Below, piece after piece: positions 40,157 to 52,289 of a DNA stretch of 64,000 nucleotides. The notes under the pieces are model-generated. The model saw only the letters and a list, made by a program, of their open reading frames with translations, did no database searches and was not told the DNA's origin. Source of the stretch: Haliotis rufescens (lineage: Eukaryota); the NCBI RefSeq assembly GCF_023055435.1, contig NW_025964212.1:1426001-1490000 (forward strand), given 5' to 3'. The position numbers and the translations under genes were made by a program. Numbering within the stretch: position 1 is the stretch's first letter; every line of letters begins with the position of its first letter.

Positions 40157-41702
40157 TATGGAATCAAGTCACAAAAACGCAACTGCTACAGAAAAGCATG
40201 CATTCCATGCAAAAGTTGACTTTTATGCAAGCCCCATGCATTTCACTACCCAAGAATGGGTATAAAAACGTGCGTTAACGGAAGTCCATATGCATTGTTT
40301 AGCATCGTGCTGACAACAACAACTCAGAAAAACAACAAAATTACGCAATTATTCAACATTACGAAATGCCACGCCTGTCCGAAAATGAGCGTCTGCGAGC
40401 CATTGGTATGCTTGAAGCAGGATCGAGTCAAGGTGATGTTGCAAGACAATTTAACGTCCACAGAAACACCATTTTGGTGTTTATGGCAACGTTGGCAACA
40501 GACGAATGCAGTCAGAGGGCCATCCTCGGAGTGGCAGGCCACGCGTAACCAATAATCGACAAGACAACTGGATTCGAACAACACACCTACGAAATTCATT
40601 CCAGCCAGCAACAGTGACTGCAAGAAGCATCCCTGGCCTTCGACGAATATCTTCACGAACCGTACGTCGTCGCCTCAGATGTGCAGGTATTGTCGCCAGA
40701 AGACCCGCCAGACGTCCCATTTTGACAGGAAACCACCGTCAAGCACGTCTACAGTGGTGCAGACAGCGTCAACGATGGACGGTCATGCAGTGGGGACCGG
40801 TTCCATTCACTGACGAGTCTCGTTTTCACCTCAGCCACAGCGATGGACGGATTCAAGTGTACCGACGTCGAGGTGAACGTTTCGTCAATCATTGTGTCAT
40901 GGAAGAAGATCGGTTCGGGGGCGGCAGCGTTATGGTATAAGGTGGGATTACAGCAAGACAGAAGACCCGTTTGATAATTGTAGAGGGAAATCTCAATGGA
41001 CAGCGCTACCGCGACGAGACTGTTGTTCTACCATTTTTGCGTCGTCATGGCCCAGGCTTTACCTTTCAACATGACAACGCCCGACCTCATATTGCTCGAC
41101 TTGTTCAGGATTCTCAAAGCATGTGCACCGCCAACTCGTTGTCAACAGACATTTATCAAACCTTTTCATGTCTTTAATCAAGGTACTCGCGTGATTTGAT
41201 GCACTTCGCGATGTAAGACCCGTTTTATCACAATATAGATCTTGATTATCGATCAGATTGTCTTGACTGGCGCCGCCATTTTGATTGAACAAATGCAAGT
41301 GATGGAATCTGATTGGTCCATAGGAGAGGCTTAGAAGGGACATAACTCGTAATAACCACTGGTGGCGCTACGATCGAGCCCAGGAATTCCAGCCTGGTTC
41401 GACAAGGGTGGAAACTGGACTTTTAAAGTCAGTTAACTCTCTTGCCTCGGGAAGATGGGTCCATTCCATAAGAAGTAGATGTGTTGCTTGCATCGCAACC
41501 AGAGTAGACACACACGCTATTGATTTGTAAATTGACATTTTGGCATGTTCATGTTTTTTTTTTATGAAATCACGCATTTTCTTAAGTTAGTATGGCAAAT
41601 TAAACCATTTGAACACTTACAGGAGTCTTTTATCTGTTGCAAACCGAAATTGTTTCAATTTTGGTAAAAAACATAACTTTGCATTACATCTTACTCAATG
41701 TC
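40157..41702 (+). mobile_element. Degenerate Tc1-family transposon
   Basis: MPRLSENERLRAIGML...DVARQFNVH (40366), RSGRPRVT, FTDESRF, GGGSVMV*GGI, FQHDNARPH. Frameshifted. TATA at ~40261. Termini approximate. Confidence 0.9.
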
Positions 41703-41853
41703 ACAGGAACTTTTGTTGTCGGTATAATTATCAATGTGGCGAGGTCGGAGGTAGGAAAATCCCACTGAATGCTTTGGCTTGGGTTGTCACGGATGTGGTC
41801 TGATAGAGCTGATCATTTAAAGTCATCTTTGGAGACTGAGCTTTGATGTTCTT

Positions 41854-42057
41854 CTTTCAGTGGCATTTAGAAGTTGGTGTGACGAAGAAAGACAAGTTCT
41901 ATGGATGAACAACTTCTTTATTACAATTAGTGCCACGTTTCGGTGTAGATCCTAACATGATAAAGATGACTTGCTTGATAAAGGTGTTAGGATCTACACC
42001 GAAACGTCGTACTAATTGTAATAAAGAAGTTGTTCATCCATAGAACTTGTCTTTCTT
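41854..42057. mobile_element. Penelope-type pseudo-LTR insertion with an inverted partial copy (73-bp arms)
   Basis: 41885-41957 is the reverse complement of 41985-42057. Flanked by direct repeat CTTTGATGTTCTT at 41841 and 42055. Confidence 0.8.
41972..42011 (+). ncRNA. Variant (U3-A8) minimal hammerhead ribozyme motif
   Basis: UGC-UUGAUAA-A-GGUGU(UAGGAUCU)ACACC-GAAA-CGUC-GUA, then AATAAA at 42020. Confidence 0.7.
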
Positions 42058-44315
42058 TGATGTTCTTTTATTCGGGTTTTGAGGGGCCTAGATGTTTCTC
42101 CTATGTAAGCTTGTCCACAATTGCACGGAATGTGATACACTGCTCCTGATGGTTCTAGCTTGTGGCTGGATGGTGGTTTCCCTGTGGCTTTAATTGTGTT
42201 CTGAATGGTATGACTACATCAAACTACAAAACTACATCAATGTTGGCCTGTTTCTTTTTAAAAAATTCTAAAACAGTTATCAATGTGGCGAGGTCGGAGG
42301 TAAGAAAATTGTATAATCGTATAATTATTACATTGTTTCCTAATAAATGTTGAATATAAAAAGTATAAAATATTTGATCCCTTGTAATCGGCGAATTTCA
42401 AAATTCAATCCTTTCGGGCTATACCCATATTTGTCAAACATATTGCAGGTGACATTCCGAACCTTAATCTAATGAATCTATCACTGACAAAACATAGTTA
42501 TTTTCGTACTCCAACAGGAAACACACATTATGCCACGGCTCACTGTAATAGCGTGATTTGTGACTACGTTTATGCCTTTTTACGTACTTTAAAGTGGACC
42601 TATCTGTTTATCTGATATCCAATTCAGACGCGTAGATGATAAACAAAAAACATGAAGACAAAAGATTTATCGGTCGATTATTGCTCCAATGTTTTCCAAG
42701 TAGTACAAAGCCGGTTGAGGCCAAACCAGGACATCGGGTCATTATCTCAATATGAATAAACGTGATTGATGGATGAACACAAGAACCCAGACTCAGGGAT
42801 CCAACTACTAGGCTACCCAGCCATCCCTATGAAACGATATTATTTCAATTGAGAGCGATAACTTACAGTTGTAGCGGTTTGTATTGTACATGGAAGAGTG
42901 TTTTTGTTTTCATTAAGTGATCGCGTTCACAGACAGTTGATTCTCAATTATCCATGGCAAGTAATAACAGAGTTCCATGTCCCCATTGTTGTCCGTTTTA
43001 TTCCCGATGATGCAATGATCTCGGTATTGGAATTGAGACTGTTTGGAAAGTAAACAGATATACAAATAAGGCGATCAACTCCATCAATTTTGCAAACCCA
43101 CACACAGGGAATCTCTAAAAGAAATGTAATTGGAAATTGACACGCCTGCGAAGGTTGCGTTGTTACAAGCAGATCAAAGGGTGATGGGCTGTAACTTCAC
43201 GTTTCGAAATCATCTTTATTTGTCATTGATCAACTGGATATCAATAGGAGATCGTTTCACAAACATCAATCGAGTGGATGATCGCCACTGCTGGCAATCA
43301 TGGAATCTCAACTATCGCATAAATTTTCATTTCGTGTACTTAGTAGTCTCCGACTAATACACAGGGACTTGTGACTATGATCACACATCAGGTCATGGCG
43401 AAATGTGTGTGTATGGTTGAGTTGGGTTTTAACCTATTATTTAGTTATCACACTGTGTTGGAATATACGTAATGAAAGAGCCGGAAAGCAAAGGGAATCG
43501 CGACGAAGACATTTACCACTTACGTGAAACCTGGTTATGGAGCTCTTTGTTTTGAAATGTTACTTTGTACCTCAAAGGTTGTGCAGACTTCTTGGCCAAA
43601 TTCCCTTATTCAAAGTTTGCCAATCCGAGCAGAACTTCTGAACATGACTCGTATGCATACAGAAACAGATCAACAAGAAGGAGAGCACAAATGGTACCCC
43701 AAATTTCAAGTCCAGCATGGAATGGGCAAATGGAAGCCAGCAAGAAGCATATCTGGCTTGAAGCATATCTAGCTGGCTTCCATTTGCTCATTGCTATTTC
43801 TATTCTTTTACCTATCAATGCTTAATCCCCAGCCTGCCGTTTACCAATTGTTCATTGTCAATTACAAATCAGTGGTATTTTAAGTCCTGGCTTCCAGGTG
43901 TTCACAACTAAGTCCAGCATTTCCCATTTTGTTTTTCGCAGTAAACTTAGTAAACTTCTCAAAGAGTAACAAATAGTTGAGAGGTTTGTGTGTTGCTGCT
44001 AATTGACATTTGATATATCAACATTTACGCTTTCGTGAAACCTGGTTATGGTGCTCTCTGTCGAAGATCCCGTAACCAGGTCATATACAACAAAAGGATG
44101 CAACTCTGATCTCGAGCCGTAACTCACATTGTATATATCTACCAACACAATAGAAACGCGCTCAACAAACAAAATCTAGAGCACTATTGTTTCCCACTCC
44201 ACACTGATTGATTAAAATGACAATCTGGTGGTTGCAATGTGTGACCTCCATGACTGTTCATCATAAAGCGACGGCGTGGTCGGTTAAATGACGTGTACGG
44301 TTGCTCACTCAATCA

Positions 44316-44599
44316 GTGAGAGATTGAGTGAGTTAGGTTTAACGCCGCTTTTAACAGTATTCCAGTCATATTACGGCGTGTCAGCTTGATGCGGGAGGAA
44401 AGCCCGAAGTGATGCAGGCCTCAGACGTTTACCACTTCGGTGAAACCCACGAGCACGGGTATGATGCTGACAAACCTAGAAACATAATCGGGGCGAATCG
44501 GGATTCGAACCCACAATCAAAGGTTTCTGGCGTGCCAAAGGGACGCAATTCTGCACGGCGAATCGCGGCGCCTTAGACGACTGGGCCACCCGTGCCCCC
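44316..44599 (-). mobile_element. SINE family C
   Basis: Reverse copy of 39078-39369, flanked by CACTCAATCAG. Confidence 0.93.
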
Positions 44600-44889
44600 A
44601 CACTCAATCAGACACTCATCTGTCTAAACACGACTATTTACAGCCAGATGTGACACAATGAATATGGCTGACTGTGACATTTGACAACATCCAATCGTTT
44701 CTTTATCAAAAGTAAAAGAGAGAACAGACATTTTGTTTGCTGATATTCAGGTAAATCGATGATCTGATATCGGTCAACAATAGCCAAATAGCCATTCACT
44801 TCCATTGATTTACCCACCTGAACTAGAAATAAAACAGACCAGTAAAACCGCCTTATCGGTTTCATATTTAGGTCCATTACAGGCGGAAT

Positions 44890-45850
44890 GACATAAACTA
44901 TGACGAGAGGGATGACTTCAACTTTTCAATTGTCAACTTTCCTTTATTTTCTTCCAGCAGCTCATGCCTTCGGTGTCTGCATTTCACAACTTTTGAGATA
45001 CAATCCAGCATGCTCTTTCATCGAGGATTTCAGTCATACTACTCTTGGTTTTTAAGTTTGAGATGGATTACAACATTCGTTCGTTTGTTTGTTGTTAACG
45101 CCGCACTCAGCAGCGTTCCAGCTGTATGACGGCGGTCTGTAAATGATCGAGTCTTGACCAGACAATCCGGTGATTGACATCATGAGCAACGATCCATGCA
45201 ATTGAGATACGATGACATGCATCAACCAAGTCAGCGAGCCTGACCGCCCTATCCCGTTAGTCGCCCCTAACAACAAGCATAGTCGCCGTTTACGACAAGC
45301 ATGGGTTGCTGAAGACCTATTGAAACCCGATCTTCACCCAATGCCTCAGTGAAGCTTACAACAGGTTTTGTTGAAGACTTGTGTTGGAAATTTCCAAATT
45401 TGACGCATCAAATTAATGTCCGATGAATTCCCGATGCCTTTTCCCATTCTTTTATTTTCATGACTATTTTGCCCTTGTATGCTTTTTGCGATGTGTGCCA
45501 CCAGTTTTGTTTGTTTGTTGTTTAACGCCGCACTATTCCAGCTATATGACGGCAGCTATATGACGGCGGTCTGTAAATTATCGAATTTGGATCAGACAAT
45601 CCTGTGATTGACATCATGAGCATCGATCCACGCAATTGGGATACGATGACATGCATCAACCATGTCAGCGAACCTGACCACCCGTCTCGTTAGTCGCCTC
45701 TTACGCCACCAGTGAGCACGATATGCTCTCCCTTTGGCGTACATCTGGTACCATCGTTATTTTATAATGATTCTTAAACAGTGCTTGTGATATAGTCTAA
45801 ATTGTATTCAGTAGAGATTTCGTATGATTATAGAAAGGCTTTTGTCGCTT
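44890..45850 (+). pseudogene. Penelope-like RT C-terminal remnant, interrupted by two family A SINEs (45075-45338 and 45505-45705, minus strand)
   Basis: YDERDDFNFSIVNFP...AFGVCISQLLRYNPAC matches the PLE (Naiad/Chlamys-type) LYDKRDDF...YGVYISQLIRY motif. Confidence 0.75.
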
Positions 45851-46157
45851 TTATTGATCGCAAATAGATATAAGTAACAACCACCACCAACAACTCAATA
45901 CCATAATCCCACACATCACCAATATGTTTCTTTGATTACTATTTCATGATAAGGTTAAGCCAGTGCCAATGCGAAATGAACTTCTAAGTGTCTCTTTAAA
46001 ATACTGTTATGGTGTAGGAACTGTCATAGAAATCGGAAATAACACAAGCTGATATCGGGCGACATAAGCGCCAAATGTCAGCAGTTGGCGTCATAATAAA
46101 AGTTCACTCACATTCTGATGAAATATTCTTGGCCATGATTTCATTTCGCAAGAAGTA

Positions 46158-47437
46158 CAAGGGCTGGTCAAAAAGTTATAAGTCTTACTAACATGTTCTT
46201 ATCGGCCATAACAAAGTGAACTAGTCAAAGTAGTACATTGTTTGGGTAGTTCATTGCAAGTGTATTTGGTCTGTTGAGGCCGTTTGTATATTAGTGACAG
46301 CCAGTTGAACGTGATAGGGGTCCAAATGGACACAGAAACGATAAAGGACGAGTACTTAGCAGTTATCAAGTTTTTGACTTTAGAGAAAAGTACTCCCTTA
46401 GACGTTCTTGACCGCATGTCACAAGCGTATGGGGATAGGTGCCCTAGCTATTCCACTGTTAAACGTTGGGCAGCTACGTGTAAGGGTGGAGAACAAGCCT
46501 TGTTGACACTAGGTCTGGACGTCCCTCAACTTCCATCAATGAAGATTCAATCAAGGAGACAGAAAAACATACACTGTCAGAAAGACGTTTCACCATTGCT
46601 GGACTTGAGGTGGACACAGGTCTAAGCCATGGGTCCATTGACACTAGTATTCATGAACATTTACAGATGAATAAGATATCTGCTCGTTGGGTGCCAAAGT
46701 GTCTAAATTCTGATCTTAAGCAAAAACGAACTGGCATTTCCAGAGAAAATTAAGAGCTAACTAAGGAGGATTTTGACAAATTCGAAAAGAGATTAACGGG
46801 TGATGAAACCTGTGTCTACCACTATGATCCTGAGTCAAAACTTCAATCCATGGAGCGGCACCATTCCACTTCTCCGGCACCAAAGATTCAAGACTTCAGA
46901 ATCTGTAAAGGAAGTTTTGGCCACTGTCTGGGATGCAAAGGGAAGGATCCTGGTTGATTACTCAGAAAGTGAAAAGACAATTACCGGTGTCTACTCTGCG
47001 GATTTGCTTCATCGCCTGAGAGATTCTATCAAAGAAAAGCGGCGAGGAACGCTCACTATTGGAGTTCTGTAGCTCTGGATACAATGCCTCCTCTCACACC
47101 TCTCGACTTGCAAAGGCTGCTGTGAGAAAATGGGGGTTCGAAGAGCTTCCTCACCCTCCATACTTGCCAGACATGGCATCAAGTGATTTAACTACTGTTT
47201 CCTTAACTGAAAGAACACCTTCGTGGAAAGCGCTATGACGACAACGGTGACTTCAAATGTGCCGTGAATTTTTTTTTCAGGGTGGCTTTAGAAAACTTCT
47301 TCCTGACTGGATGTTTCACTATCGATATGAGAAGTGTATTGATAAAGAAGGGAGATAATGTTGAAAAATAAAATTAAAAACATTTTCACAAATGTTGGTT
47401 TTGTTTCTTATGCTTATGACTTTTTGTCCAGCCCTCC
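46158..47437 (+). mobile_element. Full-length but inactivated mariner (DD34D-type) transposon
   Basis: TIRs CAAGGGCTGGTCAAAAAGTTATAAG / CTTATGACTTTTTGTCCAGCCCTCC with TA TSD. Motifs AVIKFL, YSTVKRW, SARWVP, TGDETCVYHYDPE, HPPYLPDMASSD. Frameshifted. Confidence 0.95.
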
Positions 47438-47485
47438 TACATGTAGTTTGTATAGAGGTCTCAACACGGATTCTTTCTGTCATAG

Positions 47486-47750
47486 GACCGCATCCACGGT
47501 TTAGTGGTTGAGCCTTTACCCGGAGAGCGGAAGGCCAGGGTTCGATCCCTAGGCCTGGCCGCAACATAACAAATGATGAAAAAGAGTGTACTTGTTGCTT
47601 CCCTGTCTGAAGCTCGGCATAAATGGGCTAAAAGAAGGACTGGTAGGCTCGGAGTGAGTTTACTGTGACTGAGTGGGGTGTGCATGGAATCTCAGTGGGT
47701 AAGCACTTGTGTTTTGAATGTTGTCAGACATACATGTATCACCTCGCTAC
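47486..47750 (+). mobile_element. SINE family B, diverged
   Basis: tRNA head with B box GGTTCGATCCC and a recognisable core. Confidence 0.8.
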
Positions 47751-49155
47751 AAGGGTGCCCCTTCAATCCTATCAAGAGAGAGTCCCACTCAAGCGTGAGT
47801 GGGTGAGTTTGGTTCCTCGTCACCTTGAACTGGGAAGACACTATATAAATATTTCGTTAATAATTACAGATGCTAATTTCAAAGCAATATCATTGGAAGT
47901 ACTAAAGCTTACAGTTACGGCTTATAGTGCCTTGAGAAGGTCAGAAGTAAAGGACATTATCTTCAGTGAGCAACTTAATCGTTGAAGCTATTTCCTTTAC
48001 TCCCTGTGGGGATCCTATGTACAGGTAATCAGCTATTGTGTGTATTTCAGTAACACAACTTTTTGTTTATTGTCCATCCGAATAACACGATTATGACGTC
48101 CTTGGAAATCACTGAAACTTTGACCTTGATGTCTGATTTGCCTTTATGAAGGACATTCACCTTTGAGTATCTGATTGTTTTTGTGGTAAAATGTAAGTTA
48201 CATTATCAGACTCTAAATTACATTCTAAGTTTGAATGTAAAGTTTGAGTTGTCTTTCTCTAAATTGCAATGAAGAGCTACTTGAAGAGTTTACCATCTGG
48301 TTATTGTCGTATCGATAAAGAAGACGCTGGATAAAAAGAACCAACAGGAAGACAAGTTCCATTCATCCACTATTGACAACATAGCCAGGATCATAAATAT
48401 AAACTGAGCAATGTTCTGATAGTGTGTGCTGAACCATTTTATTGTATTACTTTTACCACATACTGATCTGAATCATAGGCTGTGCCAGTCCAGGTTTTAT
48501 TCACAGGCTATCAGACGTTGTTGTGGAGAAATGCGTTTGGAAACGAAGCTGAAGAGAGCAGTCAGAATATTTAACTTTTCTGACATCCGCATGCATCATT
48601 TAATTCATTCACTTGTTGATCTTTACATTGGCCGGTATCAAATATATCTCGCTCAGTAATCTCCAGAATAATGCTGTAAATAATACGAGCGGAACATGGG
48701 GGAAATAGTTAGACGCAATAAATGACGTGGTCTTTCTATTCTTTCAAAAAGGTGTAACACACGGTCTTATCACGAACATGACTAATTGTATAGATGCATA
48801 TGGGTACTTCTATTCTTCTCTACATTTTCCGATCATGGTGCATCGAACACTCCGAAATAATAATATATCATTTCGCCCGTAACAGCATTTTCCACTCAGG
48901 GAAAGGTCAGCCTCTTGCAAAGACATTCTAAAATCTATTTGATGTCGTAATAATCCCCAAAAAGACAAAATCAAAATAATATTGTTGCTGAGATTGGCAA
49001 ACACACAAAGCTCACAATAGCAGCAGCTGGATCTTCAGAAAACCCGGATTCTTTGGTGTGGGCTTACTGCTCATCGAAGTTAACAAACGTATTGGTTACG
49101 CTGGCACTGTAATCAAACATCATCTGTTTCTTTTATGAGGTATTACCATCAACGA

Positions 49156-49553
49156 GAAAGTATGAATACACAATGCCATTTAGAAAGTGGCCAAATGTAA
49201 CAAACGTTATATTTGAGATAACACTTTCTTAGTGTAGTACAAATTCTGACACCTTTTGGGGGTTGAGTCTTATCCCCGTTTGAACCCACACTCTCAGAGT
49301 GAGGCATCCTATCGCCAGCACACGAAGTCTGTGATCTGAACCACTCAACCACGGAGGCTTTCACGAGCCCACTCAGCTTCCGAAACTTCCACGAGGTGAC
49401 CGAGTGTGTTAAATCGCTGACTTTGTGTGCTAGCGATGAAGTGCCTCGCTCTGACAGTGTGGGTTCGAATCCCAGATGGGACTTAACCCCAAAATATAAC
49501 AAGCATTTGTACTTAACTATGAAAGTGTTATCCCAAATATAACATTTGTTACA
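49156..49553. mobile_element. Head-to-head inverted pair of tRNA(Ser/Leu)-like elements (family E)
   Basis: Right arm has A box GGTGACCGAGTG (49395) and B box GGTTCGAATCCC (49462). The left arm is its reverse complement. Outer arms at 49196-49228 and 49521-49553. Confidence 0.8.
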
Positions 49554-50119
49554 ACGAGAAATTAGTTTTACGTGAAGATGTAGATGAAATACACTCACAA
49601 GAATTAAAGTATGATTGCGTTGGATGCATAATCTGTTTTGTCACCATGGGTTACACACTGTGCACAACTAAAAGAGAACACAGCACATAAGTGAGTGAGT
49701 GAGTATGGTTTTACGCCGTTTTTAGCAGTATTCCTGTAATATCACGGCTGAGGACACTAGAAATGGGCCACTTTCGTAAGTATTTTAAAAGCCTTATTTT
49801 CTTCAGTTTGTTCGAAAACATGGCTTCAACTATCATGATTTAGTAGATGACTTGAAATGTCAGATACGTTTAAGCACCAATTCATCGAATTAGATACCTA
49901 TATCATTTTACGTGAGAATAAACACAATTCCACACATGTATGAGGCACGAATAATAATTATTGAAATGTTTCATATGGATCTATTTGAAGCTTTTCTGTA
50001 TACCAGGAAAACACCTTTTTGTGAATACGTCCAGGCATAACCAACATGTACCATGTCATATACCCATTGCAATTGCTTTGTGATCTCGAAAGGTAGCAGT
50101 CAACAAACACATGCAAGTG

Positions 50120-50510
50120 AATTGTTTACAAGAAAATACACTGGACCCTATGGTACAAATGAAAATAAGGAATTGTATCGGACATAATTTTGTCACTGAT
50201 GCGTCTAATTTGGAAATGTCTTCCAAATGTCTACAATTAAACGGTTTGCTCGCTTTGCTGAGACATGATGAAACCCTGATCTCACAATGTTTGGGAAAGA
50301 GTCGTGGAAAGAACATGTTCAGTTGTACCTCAAAAGCTATAAAGTGTAGACACCAAAGGCTGGAGTTGCAGGAATAGTGCTTGACACAAGTTCCGAGGGC
50401 TGATTAGTGGGTAGTCATCCCTCTTGTCATACAGTCTTGTGGAGTTTGCTATCACTCTAAATCTTTATACATAAATCGAATTATGAAACAGACGAGGTCG
50501 TTGCACTCGT
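50120..50510 (-). pseudogene. Penelope-like RT remnant
   Basis: Minus strand reads TRLYDKRDDY at ~50410-50440. Confidence 0.65.
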
Positions 50511-51840
50511 CTCTTTTATTTCTATTAACTGAAATAGAATAAGTAATCAGGATTTAAAAGCTGTAAAAGACTGCTTGGATCTTATGGTCGTAACTTGAGT
50601 CAACGCTAATGTTGTTTCAACTGAAAGAACTTATTAACGAATATCAATATCAATAGATGAATCCACAGCAGTATAGGATTTATGTTAATACATTTGATGG
50701 GTCAACCCTGGCACTAAGAGGCAACAAATATATTTCAAAATGAATACGTTCATACAGGACACATTTGATAGGAAAGATGAAATGATACCCTCACACAAAA
50801 CAGAATTGCCATGAGATATTTACTTAACACAACTGCCCTTAAGTTGATATATTTTCTGATGATTTTCCCACGACAACCATCAAGAACACGAAATGATGTT
50901 GGTGGTATCTAAAATGACAGCTGTGTCTCTTGAACATCCTGGTTTTTGTTCCTCACGCTGTTTGATATTACCTAAAATAGCGAAAGGGTCATAGTGTCTC
51001 AGCCACTGGTAGTGTCCTGCATCCGTCGAAATAGACAAGATTTACCGCTTTTTACTAGTCTTTGATGTAACTGCCAAAAGAATTTGGAAAGGAACCTCCA
51101 TGTAATTATAAGGGTTCCTTTGAGAGCCCATATTCATGATAACGGAAAACGTCCCATGGAACGTGTAGGTTAGTTCGGTATTTATGTTCTATGACTTTTC
51201 ATATGTGAGTTTAAAAGATTCCTTCTTTTTGTTCACTTACAGAAGGGTTAAAATATTGTAATTTGACCATGAATTGAATTCATTTGTCAACAAGTACCAG
51301 TCTGACGATTGGGAGTTTCTAAAGTTTGGAATGGCTGACGATTGCGGGGAAATGTATATGTGTATAGTCCATCAAAAGATATGAAATATGTACACAACAA
51401 CGAATTCTTTTCTTGTTAAAGAATTATCTGTGACAAATAAACTAAATAAGAAAAAGTTCCTTGTGCATCAGCCCTGCAATATATATCCTGCGCATTAATT
51501 AGTGACATGTTTGCCGCTGAAAAATGGTTAAACGAGGCAAATAGTGTTATCTATATAAAGAACACACTGACATTGTATGAGAGAGCTGAGTTCAATGTAT
51601 TCAAAGCGTTAATTTGTGTTTGCTGGTATTCTTTGTGAGGAAAGAACATAAACAGTGTTCGCCCCTCTCCACTTCGGTTTTAAATAACGAAATTTAAAAC
51701 AGTTCTACCTGTCGCCCTACATTTGACAAACATGTGCCCAAGAAACAATTTGTATTGCAGCCTAGTGTATATTTGTTGAAAGTAACATTTTTATGTTTCG
51801 TGATAGTGAGACCATTTAATTTCTAATTACAATATGAAGA

Positions 51841-52289
51841 ATGAACACACACAAAGCCATTAAGAAAGGGGTCAAATGTAACTCTACAAATGTTATATTT
51901 GGGATAACACTTTCTTTGTAAAGTACAGATTCTCGTATTTTCTGGGTGCCTCAGTCTGGAAGTGTGGTTTCAAGTCCCGAATGGGACTCGACCCCAAAAA
52001 GTACGAGAATATGATTTTACAAAGAAACTGTTATCCCAAATATAACATTTGTTACCTTTGACTACTTTCTAAATGGCAGTGTGTGTGTTCATAGCTTTCG
52101 GCCATGGGAGCTGTGCCATTTTACACCTGTCAGAGGGGTACACAAAATAAGTTGTCATTTTCTGTGGAAGCTTCGGTGGCCGAGAGGGTTAGATGGCTGA
52201 CTTTGTGTGCTGGCGATTAAGTTTCCACTCTGGCAGTGTGGGTACGAGAATCTGTACTTTACAAAGAAAGTGTTATCCCAAATATAACA
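51841..52289 (+). mobile_element. Family E element: inverted partial copy followed by partial tandem copies
   Basis: 51841-51946 is inverted. Forward 3' half at 51946-52162, then a new head GGTGGCCGAGAGGG at ~52174 running to AATATAACAT. Confidence 0.8.

Noticed and set aside
49395-49480. Functional tRNA gene
   Set aside because: A and B boxes are present, but there is no canonical acceptor or anticodon stem, and it sits in a repeated element. The same applies to the SINE B, C and D heads.
52085-52140. Minus-strand hammerhead (TGGC...GCCGAAAGCT) in family E
   Set aside because: No CUGANGA or UUGANAA core at the right position and helix II is weak. Revisit only if the family consensus restores it.
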